Of a stretch of DNA of 64,000 nucleotides, positions 12,001 to 24,372 are shown piece by piece (positions within the stretch are counted from its first letter, which is position 1; each line of letters begins with the position of its first letter). The notes beneath the pieces are model-generated. The model ran no database searches. It was not told the origin of the DNA and saw nothing but the letters and a program-made list of their open reading frames with translations. The stretch comes from Macrostomum lignano (lineage: Eukaryota), in assembly GCA_002269645.1 (NCBI GenBank), contig NIVC01001293.1:62001-126000 (forward strand). Direction: 5' to 3'. The translations under genes and the position numbers were made by a program.

Positions 12001-15000
12001 CAGTCCCTCCCTGTGTCTCTCAGTCCCTCCCTGTGTCTTTCAGTCCCTTTCTGTGTCTCTCAGTCCCTTTCTGTGTCTCTCAGTCCCTCTCAGTGTCTCT
12101 TAGTCCCTCTCTGTGTCTCTTAGTCCCTCTCTGTGTCTCTTAGTCCCTCTCTGTGTCTCTTAGTCCCTCCCTGTGTCTCTTAGTCCCTTCTTGTGTCTTT
12201 CAGTCCCTCCTTATGTCTCTCAGTCCCTCTCTGTGTCTTTTAGTCCCTCCCTGTGTCTCTCAGTCCCTCCCTGTGTCTCTCAGTCCCTCCCTGTGTCTTT
12301 CAGTCCCTTTCTGTGTCTCTCAGTCCCTCCCTGTGTCTCTCACTCCCTCCCGGTGTCTCTCAGTCCTTCCCTGTGTCTTTCAGTCCCTTTCTGTGTCTCT
12401 CAGTCCCTTTCTGTGTCTCTCAGTCCCTCCCTGTGTCTTTCAGTCCCTCCCTGTGTCTCTCAGTCCCTCCCTGTGTCTTTCAGTCCCTTTCTGTGTCTCT
12501 CAGTCCCTACCTGTGTCTCTCAGTCCCTCTCTGTGTCTTCAGTCCCTCCTTACGTCTCTCAGTCCCTCTCTGTGTCTTTTAGTCCCTCCCTGTGTCTCTC
12601 AGTCTCTCCCTGTGTCTCTCAGTCCCTCCCTGTGTCTTTCAGTCCCTTTCTGTGTCTCTCAGTCCCTTTCTGTGTCTCTCAGTCCTTTCTGTGTCTCTCA
12701 GTCCCTCCCTGTGTCTCTCACTCCCTCCCTGTGTCTTTCAGTTCCTTTCTGTGTCTCTCAGTCCCTTTCTGTGTCTCTCAGTCCCTACCTGTGTCTCTCA
12801 GTCCCTCCCTGTGTCTCTCAGTCCCTCCCTGTGTCTTTCAGTCCCTCCCTGTGTCTCTCAGTCCCTCCCTGTGTCTTTCAGTCCCTTTCTGTGTCTCTCA
12901 GTCCCTTTCTGTGTCTCTCAGTCCCTCCCTGTGTCTCTCAGTCCCTCCCTGTGTCTTTCAGTCCCTCCCTGTGTCTTTCAGTCCCTTTCTGTGTCTCTCA
13001 GTCCCTCCCTGTGTCTTTCAGTCCCTTTCTGTGTCTCTCAGTCCCTTTCTGTGTCTCTCAGTCCCTCCCTGTGTCTTTCAGTCCCTTTCTGTGTCTCTCA
13101 GTCCCTTTCTGTGTCTCTCAGTCCCTTTCTGTGTCTCTCAGTCCCTTTCTGTGCCTCTCAGTCCCTTTCTGTGTCTCTCAGTCCCTCCCTGTGTCTTTCA
13201 GTCCCTCCCTGTGTCTCTCACTCCCTCCCTGTGTCTTTCAGTCTCTTTCTGTGTCTCTCAGTCCCTCCCTGTGTCTTTCAGTCCCTCTCTGTGTCTCTCA
13301 GTCCCTTTCTGTGTCTCTCAGTCCCTCCCTGTGTCTTTCAGTCCCTCCCTGTGTCTCTCACTCCCTCCCTGTGTCTCTCAGTCCCTCCCTGTGTCTCTCA
13401 GTCCCTCCCTGTGTCTTTCAGTCCCTTTCTGTGTCTCTCAGTCCCTTTCTGTGTCTCTCAGTCCCTCCCTGTGTCTTTCAGTCCCTCTCTGTGTCTCTTA
13501 GTCCCTCTCTGTGTCTCTTAGTCCCTCCCTGTGTCTCTTAGTCCCTCCCTGTGTCTCTTAGTCCCTTCTTGTGTCTTTCAGTCCCTCCTTATGTCTCTCA
13601 GTCCCTCTCTGTGTCTTTTAGTCCCTCCCTGTGTCTCTCAGTCCCTCCCTGTGTCTCTCAGTCCCTCCTGTGTCTTTCAGTCCCTTTCTGTGTCTCTCAG
13701 TCCCTCCCTGTGTCTCTCACTCCCTCCCGTGTCTCTCAGTCCTTCCCTGTGTCTTTCAGTCCCTTTCTGTGTCTCTCAGTCCCTTTCTGTGTCTCTCAGT
13801 CCCTCCCTGTGTCTTTCAGTCCCTCCCTGTGTCTCTCAGTCCCTCCCTGTGTCTTTCAGTCCCTTTCTGTGTCTCTCAGTCCCTACCTGTGTCTCTCAGT
13901 CCCTCTCTGTGTCTTTCAGTCCCTCCTTACGTCTCTCAGTCCCTCTCTGTGTCTTTTAGTCCCTCCCTGTGTCTTTCAGTCTCTCCCTGTGTCTCTCAGT
14001 CCCTCCCTGTGTCTTTCAGTCCCTTTCTGTGTCTCTCAGTCCCTTTCTGTGTCTCTCAGTCCCTTTCTGTGTCTCTCAGTCCCTCCCTGTGTCTCTCACT
14101 CCCTCCCTGTGTCTTTCAGTTCCTTTCTGTGTCTCTCAGTCCCTTTCTGTGTCTCTCAGTCCCTACCTGTGTCTCTCAGTCCCTCTCTGTGTCTTTCATT
14201 CCCTCCTTACGTCTCTCAGTCCCTCTCTGTGTCTTTTAGTCCCTCCCTGTGTCTCTCAGTCTCTCCTGTGTCTCTCAGTCCCTCCCTGTGTCTTTCAGTC
14301 CCTTTCTGTGTCTCTCAGTCCCTTTCTGTGTCTCTCAGTCCCTCCCTGTGTCTCTCAGTCCCTGTGTCTCTCACTCCCTCCCTGTGTCTTTCAGTCCCTT
14401 TCTGTGTCTCTCAGTCCCTTTCTGTGTCTCTCAGTCCCTCCCTGTTTCTCTCAGTCCCTCTCTGTGTCTCTCAGTCCCTCCCTGTGTCTCTCAGTCCCTC
14501 TCAGTGTCTCTTAGTCCCTCTCTGTGTCTCTTAGTCCCTCTCTGTGTCTCTTAGTCCCTTCCTGTGTCTCTTAGTCCCTCCCTGTGTCTTTCAGTCCCTT
14601 TTTGTGTCTCTCAGTCCGTTTCTGTGTCTCTCAGTCTCTCCCTGTGTCTCTCAGTCCCTCCCTGTGTCTCTCAGTCCCTCTCTGTGTCTCTCAGTCCCTC
14701 CCTGTGTCTTTCAGTCCCTTTCTGTGTCTCTCAGTCCCTTTCTGTGTCTCTCAGTCCCTCTCAGTGTCTCTTAGTCCCTCTCTGTGTCTCTCAGTCCCTC
14801 TCAGTGTCTCTTAGTCCCTCTCTGTGTCTCTCAGTCCCTCCCTGTGTCTCTCAGTCCCTCCCTGTGTCTCTCAGTCCCTCCCTGTGTCTTTCAGTCCCTT
14901 TCTGTGTCTCTCAGTCCCTTTCTGTGTCTCTCAGTCCCTCTCAGTGTCTCTTAGTCCCTCTCTGTGTCTCTTAGTCCCTCTCTGTGTCTCTTAGTCCCTC

Positions 15001-18000
15001 CCTGTGTCTCTTAGTCCCTCCCTGTGTCTCTTAGTCCCTTCTTGTGTCTTTCAGTCCCTCCTTATGTCTCTCAGTCCCTCTCTGTGTCTTTTAGTCCCTC
15101 CCTGTGTCTCTCAGTCCCTCCCTGTGTCTCTCAGTCCCTCCCTGTGTCTTTCAGTCCCTTTCTGTGTCTCTCAGTCCCTCCCTGTGTCTCTCACTCCCTC
15201 CCGGTGTCTCTCAGTCCTTCCCTGTGTCTTTCAGTCCCTTTCTGTGTCTCTCAGTCCCTTTCTGTGTCTCTCAGTCCCTCCTGTGTCTTTCAGTCCCTCC
15301 CTGTGTCTCTCAGTCCCTCCCTGTGTCTTTCAGTCCCTTTCTGTGTCTCTCAGTCCCTACCTGTGTCTCTCAGTCCCTCTCTGTGTCTTTCAGTCCCTCC
15401 TTACGTCTCTCAGTCCCTCTCTGTGTCTTTTAGTCCCTCCCTGTGTCTCTCAGTCTCTCCCTGTGTCTCTCAGTCCCTCCCTGTGTCTTTCAGTCCCTTT
15501 CTGTGTCTCTCAGTCCCTTTCTGTGTCTCTCAGTCCCTTTCTGTGTCTCTCAGTCCCTCCCTGTGTCTCTCACTCCCTCCCTGTGTCTTTCAGTCCTTTC
15601 TGTGTCTCTCAGTCCCTTTCTGTGTCTCTCAGTCCCTACCTGTGTCTCTCAGTCCCTCCCTGTGTCTCTCAGTCCCTCCCTGTGTCTTTCAGTCCCTCCC
15701 TGTGTCTCTCAGTCCCTCCCTGTGTCTTTCAGTCCCTTTCTGTGTCTCTCAGTCCCTTTCTGTGTCTCTCAGTCCCTCCCTGTGTCTCTCAGTCCCTCCC
15801 TGTGTCTTTCAGTCCCTCCCTGTGTCTTTCAGTCCCTTTCTGTGTCTCTCAGTCCCTCCCTGTGTCTTTCTGTCCCTTTCTGTGTCTCTCAGTCCCTTTC
15901 TGTGTCTCTCAGTCCCTCCCTGTGTCTTTCAGTCCCTTTCTGTGTCTTTCAGTCCCTTTCTGTGTCTTTCAGTCCCTTTCTGTGTCTCTCAGTCCCTTTC
16001 TGTGCCTCTCAGTCCCTTTCTGTGTCTCTCAGTCCCTCCCTGTGTCTTTCAGTCCCTCCCTGTGTCTCTCACTCCCTCCCTGTGTCTTTCAGTCTCTTTC
16101 TGTGTCTCTCAGTCCCTCCCTGTGTCTTTCAGTCCCTCTCTGTGTCTCTCAGTCCCGTTTCTGTGTCTCTCAGTCCCTCCCTGTGTCTCTCAGTCCCTTT
16201 TTGTGTCTCTCAGTCCCTCCCTGTGTCTCTCAGTCCCTCTCTGTGTCTCTCAGTCCCTTTCTGTGTCTTTCAGTCCCTTTCTGTGTCTCTCAGTCCCTTT
16301 CTGTGTCTCTCAGTCCCTCTCAGTGTCTCTTAGTCCCTCCCTGTGTCTCTTAGTCCCTCCCTGTGTCTCTTAGTCCCTTCTTGTGTCTTTCAGTCCCTCC
16401 TTATGTCTCTCAGTCCCTCTCTGTGTCTTTTAGTCCCTCCCTGTGTCTCTCAGTCCCTCCCTGTGTCTTTCAGTCCCTTTCTGTGTCTCTCAGTCCCTCC
16501 CTGTGTCTCTCAGTCCCTCTCTGTGTCTTTTAGTCCCTCCCTGTGTCTCTCAGTCCCTCCTGTGTCTCTCAGTCCCTCCTGTGTCTTTCAGTCCCTTTCT
16601 GTGTCTCTCAGTCCCTTTCTGTGTCTCTCAGTCCCTCCCTGTGTCTTTCAGTCCCTTTCTGTGTCTCTTAGTCCCTCTCTGTGTCTCTTAGTCCCTCCCT
16701 GTGTCTCTTAGTCCCTCCCTGTGTCTCTTAGTCCCTTCTTGTGTCTTTCAGTCCCTCCTTATGTCTCTCAGTCCCTCTCTGTGTCTTTTAGTCCCTCCCT
16801 GTGTCTCTCAGTCCCTCCCTGTGTCTCTCAGTCCCTCCCTGTGTCTTTCAGTCCCTTTCTGTGTCTCTCAGTCCCTCCCTGTGTCTCTCACTCCCTCCCG
16901 GTGTCTCTCAGTCCTTCCCTGTGTCTTTCAGTCCCTTTCTGTGTCTCTCAGTCCCTTTCTGTGTCTCTCAGTCCCTCCCTGTGTCTTTCAGTCCCTCCCT
17001 GTGTCTCTCAGTCCCTCCCTGTGTCTTTCAGTCCCTTTCTGTGTCTCTCAGTCCCTACCTGTGTCTCTCAGTCCCTCTCTGTGTCTTTCAGTCCCTCCTT
17101 ACGTCTCTCAGTCCCTCTCTGTGTCTTTTAGTCCCTCCCTGTGTCTTTCAGTCTCTCCCTGTGTCTCTCAGTCCCTCCCTGTGTCTTTCAGTCCCTTTCT
17201 GTGTCTCTCAGTCCCTTTCTGTGTCTCTCAGTCCCTTTCTGTGTCTCTCAGTCCCTCCCTGTGTCTCTCACTCCCTCCCTGTGTCTTTCAGTTCCTTTCT
17301 GTGTCTCTCAGTCCCTTTCTGTGTCTCTCAGTCCCTACCTGTGTCTCTCAGTCCCTCCCTGTGTCTCTCAGTCCCTCTCAGTGTCTCTTAGTCCCTCTCT
17401 GTGTCTCTCAGTCCCTCTCAGTGTCTCTTAGTCCCTCTCTGTGTCTCTCAGTCCCTCCCTGTGTCTCTCAGTCCCTCCCTGTGTCTCTCAGTCCCTCCGT
17501 GTGTCTTTCAGTCCCTTTCTGTGTCTCTCAGTCCCTTTCTGTGTCTCTCAGTCCCTCTCAGTGTCTCTTAGTCCCTCTCTGTGTCTCTTAGTCCCTCTCT
17601 GTGTCTCTTAGTCCCTCTCTGTGTCTCTTAGTCCCTCCCTGTGTCTCTTAGTCCCTTCTTGTGTCTTTCAGTCCCTCCTTATGTCTCTCAGTCCCTCTCT
17701 GTGTCTCTCAGTCCCTCCCTGTGTCTCTCAGTCCCTCTCTGTGTCTCTCAGTCCCTCCCTGTGTCTTTCAGTCCCTTTCTGTGTCTCTCAGTCCCTCCCT
17801 GTGTCTCTCACTCCCTCCCGGTGTCTCTCAGTCCTTCCCTGTGTCTTTCAGTCCCTTTCTGTGTCTCTCAGTCCCTTTCTGTGTCTCTCAGTCCCTCCCT
17901 GTGTCTTTCAGTCCCTCCCTGTGTCTCTCAGTCCCTCCCTGTGTCTTTCAGTCCCTTTCTGTGTCTCTCAGTCCCTACCTGTGTCTCTCAGTCCCTCTCT

Positions 18001-21000
18001 GTGTCTTTCAGTCCCTCCTTACGTCTCTCAGTCCCTCTCTGTGTCTTTTAGTCCCTCCCTGTGTCTCTCAGTCTCTCCCTGTGTCTCTCAGTCCCTCCCT
18101 GTGTCTTTCAGTCCCTTTCTGTGTCTCTCAGTCCCTTTCTGTGTCTCTCAGTCCCTTTCTGTGTCTCTCAGTCCCTCCCTGTGTCTCTCACTCCCTCCCT
18201 GTGTCTTTCAGTTCCTTTCTGTGTCTCTCAGTCCCTTTCTGTGTCTCTCAGTCCCTACCTGTGTCTCTCAGTCCCTCCCTGTGTCTCTCAGTCCCTCCCT
18301 GTGTCTTTCAGTCCCTCCCTGTGTCTCTCAGTCCCTCCCTGTGTCTTTCAGTCCCTTTCTGTGTCTCTCAGTCCCTTTCTGTGTCTCTCAGTCCCTCCCT
18401 GTGTCTCTCAGTCCCTCCCTGTGTCTTTCAGTCCCTCCCTGTGTCTTTCAGTCCCTTTCTGTGTCTCTCAGTCCCTCCCTGTGTCTTTCAGTCCCTTTCT
18501 GTGTCTCTCAGTCCCTTTCTGTGTCTCTCAGTCCCTCCCTGTGTCTTTCAGTCCCTTTCTGTGTCTCTCAGTCCCTTTCTGTGTCTTTCAGTCCCTTTCT
18601 GTGTCTCTCAGTCCCTTTCTGTGCTCTCAGTCCCTTTCTGTGTCTCTCAGTCCCTCCCTGTGTCTTTCAGTCCCTCCCTGTGTCTCTCACTCCCTCCCTG
18701 TGTCTTTCAGTCTCTTTCTGTGTCTCTCAGTCCCTCCCTGTGTCTTTCAGTCCCTCTCTGTGTCTCTCAGTCCCTTTCTGTGTCTCTCAGTCCCTCCCTG
18801 TGTCTTTCAGTCCCTCCCTGTGTCTCTCACTCCCTCCCTGTGTCTTTCAGTCTCTTTCTGTGTCTCTCAGTCCCTCCCTGTGTCTTTCAGTCCCTCTCTG
18901 TGTCTCTCAGTCCCGTTTCTGTGTCTCTCAGTCCCTCCCTGTGTCTCTCAGTCCCTTTTTGTGTCTCTCAGTCCCTCCCTGTGTCTCTCAGTCCCTCTCT
19001 GTGTCTCTCAGTCCCTTTCTGTGTCTTTCAGTCCCTTTCTGTGTCTCTCAGTCCCTTTCTGTGTCTCTCAGTCCCTCTCAGTGTCTCTTAGTCCCTCCCT
19101 GTGTCTCTTAGTCCCTCCCTGTGTCTCTTAGTCCCTTCTTGTGTCTTTCAGTCCCTCCTTATGTCTCTCAGTCCCTCTCTGTGTCTTTTAGTCCCTCCCT
19201 GTGTCTCTCAGTCCCTCCCTGTGTCTTTCAGTCCCTTTCTGTGTCTCTCAGTCCCTCCCTGTGTCTCTCAGTCCCTCTCTGTGTCTTTTAGTCCCTCCCT
19301 GTGTCTCTCAGTCCCTCCCTGTGTCTCTCAGTCCCTCCCTGTGTCTTTCAGTCCCTTTCTGTGTCTCTCAGTCCCTTTCTGTGTCTCTCAGTCCCTCCCT
19401 GTGTCTTTCAGTCCCTCTCTGTGTCTCTCAGTCCCTCTCTGTGTCTCTTAGTCCCTCCCTGTGTCTCTTAGTCCCTCCCTGTGTCTCTTAGTCCCTTCTT
19501 GTGTCTTTCAGTCCCTCCTTATGTCTCTCAGTCCCTCTCTGTGTCTTTTAGTCCCTCCCTGTGTCTCTCAGTCCCTCCCTGTGTCTCTCAGTCCCTCCCT
19601 GTGTCTTTCAGTCCCTTTCTGTGTCTCTCAGTCCCTCCCTGTGTCTCTCACTCCCTCCCGGTGTCTCTCAGTCCTTCCCTGTGTCTTTCAGTCCCTTTCT
19701 GTGTCTCTCAGTCCCTTTCTGTGTCTCTCAGTCCCTCCCTGTGTCTTTCAGTCCCTCCCTGTGTCTCTCAGTCCCTCCCTGTGTCTTTCAGTCCCTTTCT
19801 GTGTCTCTCAGTCCCTACCTGTGTCTCTCAGTCCCTCTCTGTGTCTTTCAGTCCCTCCTTACGTCTCTCAGTCCCTCTCTGTGTCTTTTAGTCCCTCCCT
19901 GTGTCTTTCAGTCTCTCCCTGTGTCTCTCAGTCCCTCCCTGTGTCTTTCAGTCCCTTTCTGTGTCTCTCAGTCCCTTTCTGTGTCTCTCAGTCCCTTTCT
20001 GTGTCTCTCAGTCCCTCCCTGTGTCTCTCACTCCCTCCCTGTGTCTTTCAGTTCCTTTCTGTGTCTCTCAGTCCCTTTCTGTGTCTCTCAGTCCCTACCT
20101 GTGTCTCTCAGTCCCTCTCTGTGTCTTTCATTCCCTCCTTACGTCTCTCAGTCCCTCTCTGTGTCTTTTAGTCCCTCCCTGTGTCTCTCAGTCTCTCCCT
20201 GTGTCTCTCAGTCCCTCCCTGTGTCTTTCAGTCCCTTTCTGTGTCTCTCAGTCCCTTTCTGTGTCTCTCAGTCCCTCCCTGTGTCTCTCAGTCCCTCCCT
20301 GTGTCTCTCACTCCCTCCCTGTGTCTTTCAGTCCCTTTCTGTGTCTCTCAGTCCCTTTCTGTGTCTCTCAGTCCCTCCCTGTTTCTCTCAGTCCCTCTCT
20401 GTGTCTCTCAGTCCCTCCCTGTGTCTCTCAGTCCCTCTCAGTGTCTCTTAGTCCCTCTCTGTGTCTCTTAGTCCCTCTCTGTGTCTCTTAGTCCCTTCCT
20501 GTGTCTCTTAGTCCCTCCCTGTGTCTTTCAGTCCCTTTTTGTGTCTCTCAGTCCCGTTTCTGTGTCTCTCAGTCTCTCCCTGTGTCTCTCAGTCCCTCCC
20601 TGTGTCTCTCAGTCCCTCTCTGTGTCTCTCAGTCCCTCCCTGTGTCTTTCAGTCCCTTTCTGTGTCTCTCAGTCCCTTTCTGTGTCTCTCAGTCCCTCTC
20701 AGTGTCTCTTAGTCCCTCTCTGTGTCTCTCAGTCCCTCTCAGTGTCTCTTAGTCCCTCTCTGTGTCTCTCAGTCCCTCCCTGTGTCTCTCAGTCCCTCCC
20801 TGTGTCTCTCAGTCCCTCCCTGTGTCTTTCAGTCCCTTTCTGTGTCTCTCAGTCCCTTTCTGTGTCTCTCAGTCCCTCTCAGTGTCTCTTAGTCCCTCTC
20901 TGTGTCTCTTAGTCCCTCTCTGTGTCTCTTAGTCCCTCCCTGTGTCTCTTAGTCCCTCCCTGTGTCTCTTAGTCCCTTCTTGTGTCTTTCAGTCCCTCCT

Positions 21001-24000
21001 TATGTCTCTCAGTCCCTCTCTGTGTCTTTTAGTCCCTCCCTGTGTCTCTCAGTCCCTCCCTGTGTCTCTCAGTCCCTCCCTGTGTCTTTCAGTCCCTTTC
21101 TGTGTCTCTCAGTCCCTCCCTGTGTCTCTCACTCCCTCCCGGTGTCTCTCAGTCCTTCCCTGTGTCTTTCAGTCCCTTTCTGTGTCTCTCAGTCCCTTTC
21201 TGTGTCTCTCAGTCCCTCCCTGTGTCTTTCAGTCCCTCCCTGTGTCTCTCAGTCCCTCCCTGTGTCTTTCAGTCCCTTTCTGTGTCTCTCAGTCCCTACC
21301 TGTGTCTCTCAGTCCCTCTCTGTGTCTTTCAGTCCCTCCTTACGTCTCTCAGTCCCTCTCTGTGTCTTTTAGTCCCTCCCTGTGTCTCTCAGTCTCTCCC
21401 TGTGTCTCTCAGTCCCTCCCTGTGTCTTTCAGTCCCTTTCTGTGTCTCTCAGTCCCTTTCTGTGTCTCTCAGTCCCTTTCTGTGTCTCTCAGTCCCTCCC
21501 TGTGTCTCTCAGTCCCTCCCTCTTTCAGTCCCTGTGTCTCTCAGTCCCTCCTGTGTCTCTCAGTCCCTTTCTGTGTCTCTCAGTCCCTCCTGTGTCTCTC
21601 AGTCCCTCCCTGTGTCTCTCAGTCCCTCCCTGTGTCTTTCAGTCCCTCCCTGTGTCTCAGTCCCTTTCTGTGTCTCTCAGTCCCTCCCTGTGTCTTTCAG
21701 TCCCTTTCTGTGTCTCTCAGTCCCTTTCTGTGTCTCTCAGTCCCTCCCTGTGTCTTTCAGTCCCTTTCTGTGTCTTTCAGTCCCTTTCTGTGTCTTTCAG
21801 TCCCTTTCTGTGTCTCTCAGTCCCTTTCTGTGTCTTTCAGTCCCTTTCTGTGTCTCTCAGTCCCTTTCTGTGTCTTCAGTCCCTCCCTGTGTCTCTCAGT
21901 CCCTCCCTGTGTCTTTCAGTCCCTTTCTGTGTCTCTCAGTCCCTCCCTGTGTCTTTCAGTCCCTCTTTCTGTGTCTCTCAGTCCCTTTCTGTGTCTCTCA
22001 GTCCCTCCTGTGTCTCTCAGTCCCTTTTGTGTCTCTCAGTCCCTCCCTGTGTCTCTCAGTCCCTCTCTGTGTCTCTCAGTCCCTCCCTGTGTCTTTCAGT
22101 CCCTCTCTGTGTCTCTCAGTCCCTTTCTGTGTCTCTCAGTCCCTCTGTGTCTCTCAGTCCCTTGTGTCTCTCAGTCCCTCCCTGTGTCTCTTAGTCCCTT
22201 CTGTGTCTCTTCAGTCCCTCCTTGTCTCTCAGTCCCTCTCTGTGTCTTTCAGTCCCTCCCTGTGTCTCTCAGTCCCTCTCCTGTGTCTTTAGTCCCTCCC
22301 TGTGTCTCTCAGTCCCTCCCTGTGTCTCTCAGTCCCTTCTGTGTCTTTCAGTCCCTCCCTGTGTCTCTCAGTCCCTCTCTGTGTCTCTCAGTCCCTCCCT
22401 GTGTCTTTCAGTCCCTTTCTGTGTCTCTCAGTCCCTTTCTGTGTCTCTCAGTCCCTCCCTGTGTCTTTCAGTCCCTTTCTGTGTCTCTTAGTCCCTCTCT
22501 GTGTCTCTTAGTCCCTCCCTGTGTCTCTTAGTCCCTCCCTGTGTCTCTTAGTCCCTTCTTGTGTCTTTCAGTCCCTCCTTATGTCTCTCAGTCCCTCTCT
22601 GTGTCTTTTAGTCCCTCCCTGTGTCTCTCAGTCCCTCCCTGTGTCTCTCAGTCCCTCCCTGTGTCTTTCAGTCCCTTTCTGTGTCTCTCAGTCCCTCCCT
22701 GTGTCTCTCACTCCCTCCCGGTGTCTCTCAGTCCTTCCCTGTGTCTTTCAGTCCCTTTCTGTGTCTCTCAGTCCCTTTCTGTGTCTCTCAGTCCCTCCCT
22801 GTGTCTTTCAGTCCCTCCCTGTGTCTCTCAGTCCCTCCCTGTGTCTTTCAGTCCCTTTCTGTGTCTCTCAGTCCCTACCTGTGTCTCTCAGTCCCTCTCT
22901 GTGTCTTTCAGTCCCTCCTTACGTCTCTCAGTCCCTCTCTGTGTCTTTTAGTCCCTCCCTGTGTCTTTCAGTCTCTCCCTGTGTCTCTCAGTCCCTCCCT
23001 GTGTCTTTCAGTCCCTTTCTGTGTCTCTCAGTCCCTTTCTGTGTCTCTCAGTCCCTTTCTGTGTCTCTCAGTCCCTCCCTGTGTCTCTCACTCCCTCCCT
23101 GTGTCTTTCAGTTCCTTTCTGTGTCTCTCAGTCCCTTTCTGTGTCTCTCAGTCCCTACCTGTGTCTCTCAGTCCCTCCCTGTGTCTTTCAGTCCCTCCCT
23201 GTGTCTCTCAGTCCCTCCCTGTGTCTTTCAGTCCCTTTCTGTGTCTCTCAGTCCCTTTCTGTGTCTCTCAGTCCCTCCCTGTGTCTCTCAGTCCCTCCCT
23301 GTGTCTTTCAGTCCCTCCCTGTGTCTTTCAGTCCCTTTCTGTGTTTCTCAGTCCCTCCCTGTGTCTTTCAGTCCCTTTCTGTGTCTCTCAGTCCCTTTCT
23401 GTGTCTCTCAGTCCCTCCTTGTGTCTTTCAGTCCCTTTCTGTGTCTCTCAGTCCCTCTGTGTCTTTCAGTCCCTTTCTGTGTCTCTCAGTCCCTTTCTGT
23501 GTCTCTCAGTCAGTCCCTTTCTGTCTCTCAGTCCCTCTGTGTCAGTCCCTCCCTGTGTCTTTCAGTCCCTTTCTGTGTCTCTCAGTCCCTCCCTGTGTCT
23601 TTCAGTCCCTTTCTGTGTCTCTCAGTCCCTCCCTGTGTCTCTCAGTCCCTCCTGTGTCTCTCAGTCCCTTTCTGTGTCTCTCAGTCCCTCCCTGTGTCTC
23701 TCAGTCCCTCTCTGTGTCTCTCAGTCCCTCCCTGTGTCTCTCAGTCCCTCTCTGTGTCTCTCAGTCCCTTTCTGTGTCTCTCAGTCCCTTTCTGTGTCTC
23801 TCAGTCCCTCTCTGTGTCTCTCAGTCCCTCTGTGTCTCTTAGTCCCTCCCTGTGTCTCTTAGTCCCTCTGTGTCTCTTAGTCCCTTCTTGTGTCTTTGTC
23901 TCTCAGTCCCTCCTGTGTCTCTTAGTCCCTTCTGTGTCTCTCAGTCCCTCCTGTCTCTCAGTCCCTTGTGTCTTTCAGTCCCTTTCTGTGTCTCTCAGTC

Positions 24001-24330
24001 CCTCCCTGTGTCTCTCAGTCCCTCCCTGTGTCTTTCAGTCCCTTGTGTCTCTCAGTCCCTCCCTGTGTCTCTCAGTCCCTCCTGTGTCTTTTAGTCCCTC
24101 CTGTGTCTCTCAGTCCCTCTCTGTGTCTTTTAGTCCCTCCCTGTGTCTCTCAGTCCCTCCCTGTGTCTCTCAGTCCCTCCCTGTGTCTTTCAGTCCCTTT
24201 CTGTGTCTCTCAGTCCCGTTTCTGTGTCTCTCAGTCCCTCCCTGTGTCTGTTGCAGTCCATCCCTCTGTCTCTTGCAGTCCTCCCTGTGTCTCTTCTGCA
24301 GTCCCTCCCTGTGTCTCTTCTGCAGTCCTT
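1..24330 (+). repeat. 20-bp tandem satellite (consensus TCTCTCAGTCCCTCCCTGTG), about 1,200 monomers, truncated by the window start; probably intronic to the CNBD2-like gene
   Basis: Continuous 20-bp register with recurring variants (ctcc/cttt/ctct/ctac; tctc/tttc; tca/tta). Consensus is 80% pyrimidine on + with no CpG. Ends about 40 bp before the first recognisable exon. Confidence 0.98.
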
Positions 24331-24372
24331 CCCAGCCTCCCAGTACGGCTCCCCATCACCGCGCCCCAACAG

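Noticed and set aside
18-24330. Hundreds of long ORFs rich in S/L/P/V/C (SLSPSLCLSVP...)
   Set aside because: They are translations of a stop-poor 20-bp satellite in all three frames, mostly from GTG/TTG starts, with no coding signal.
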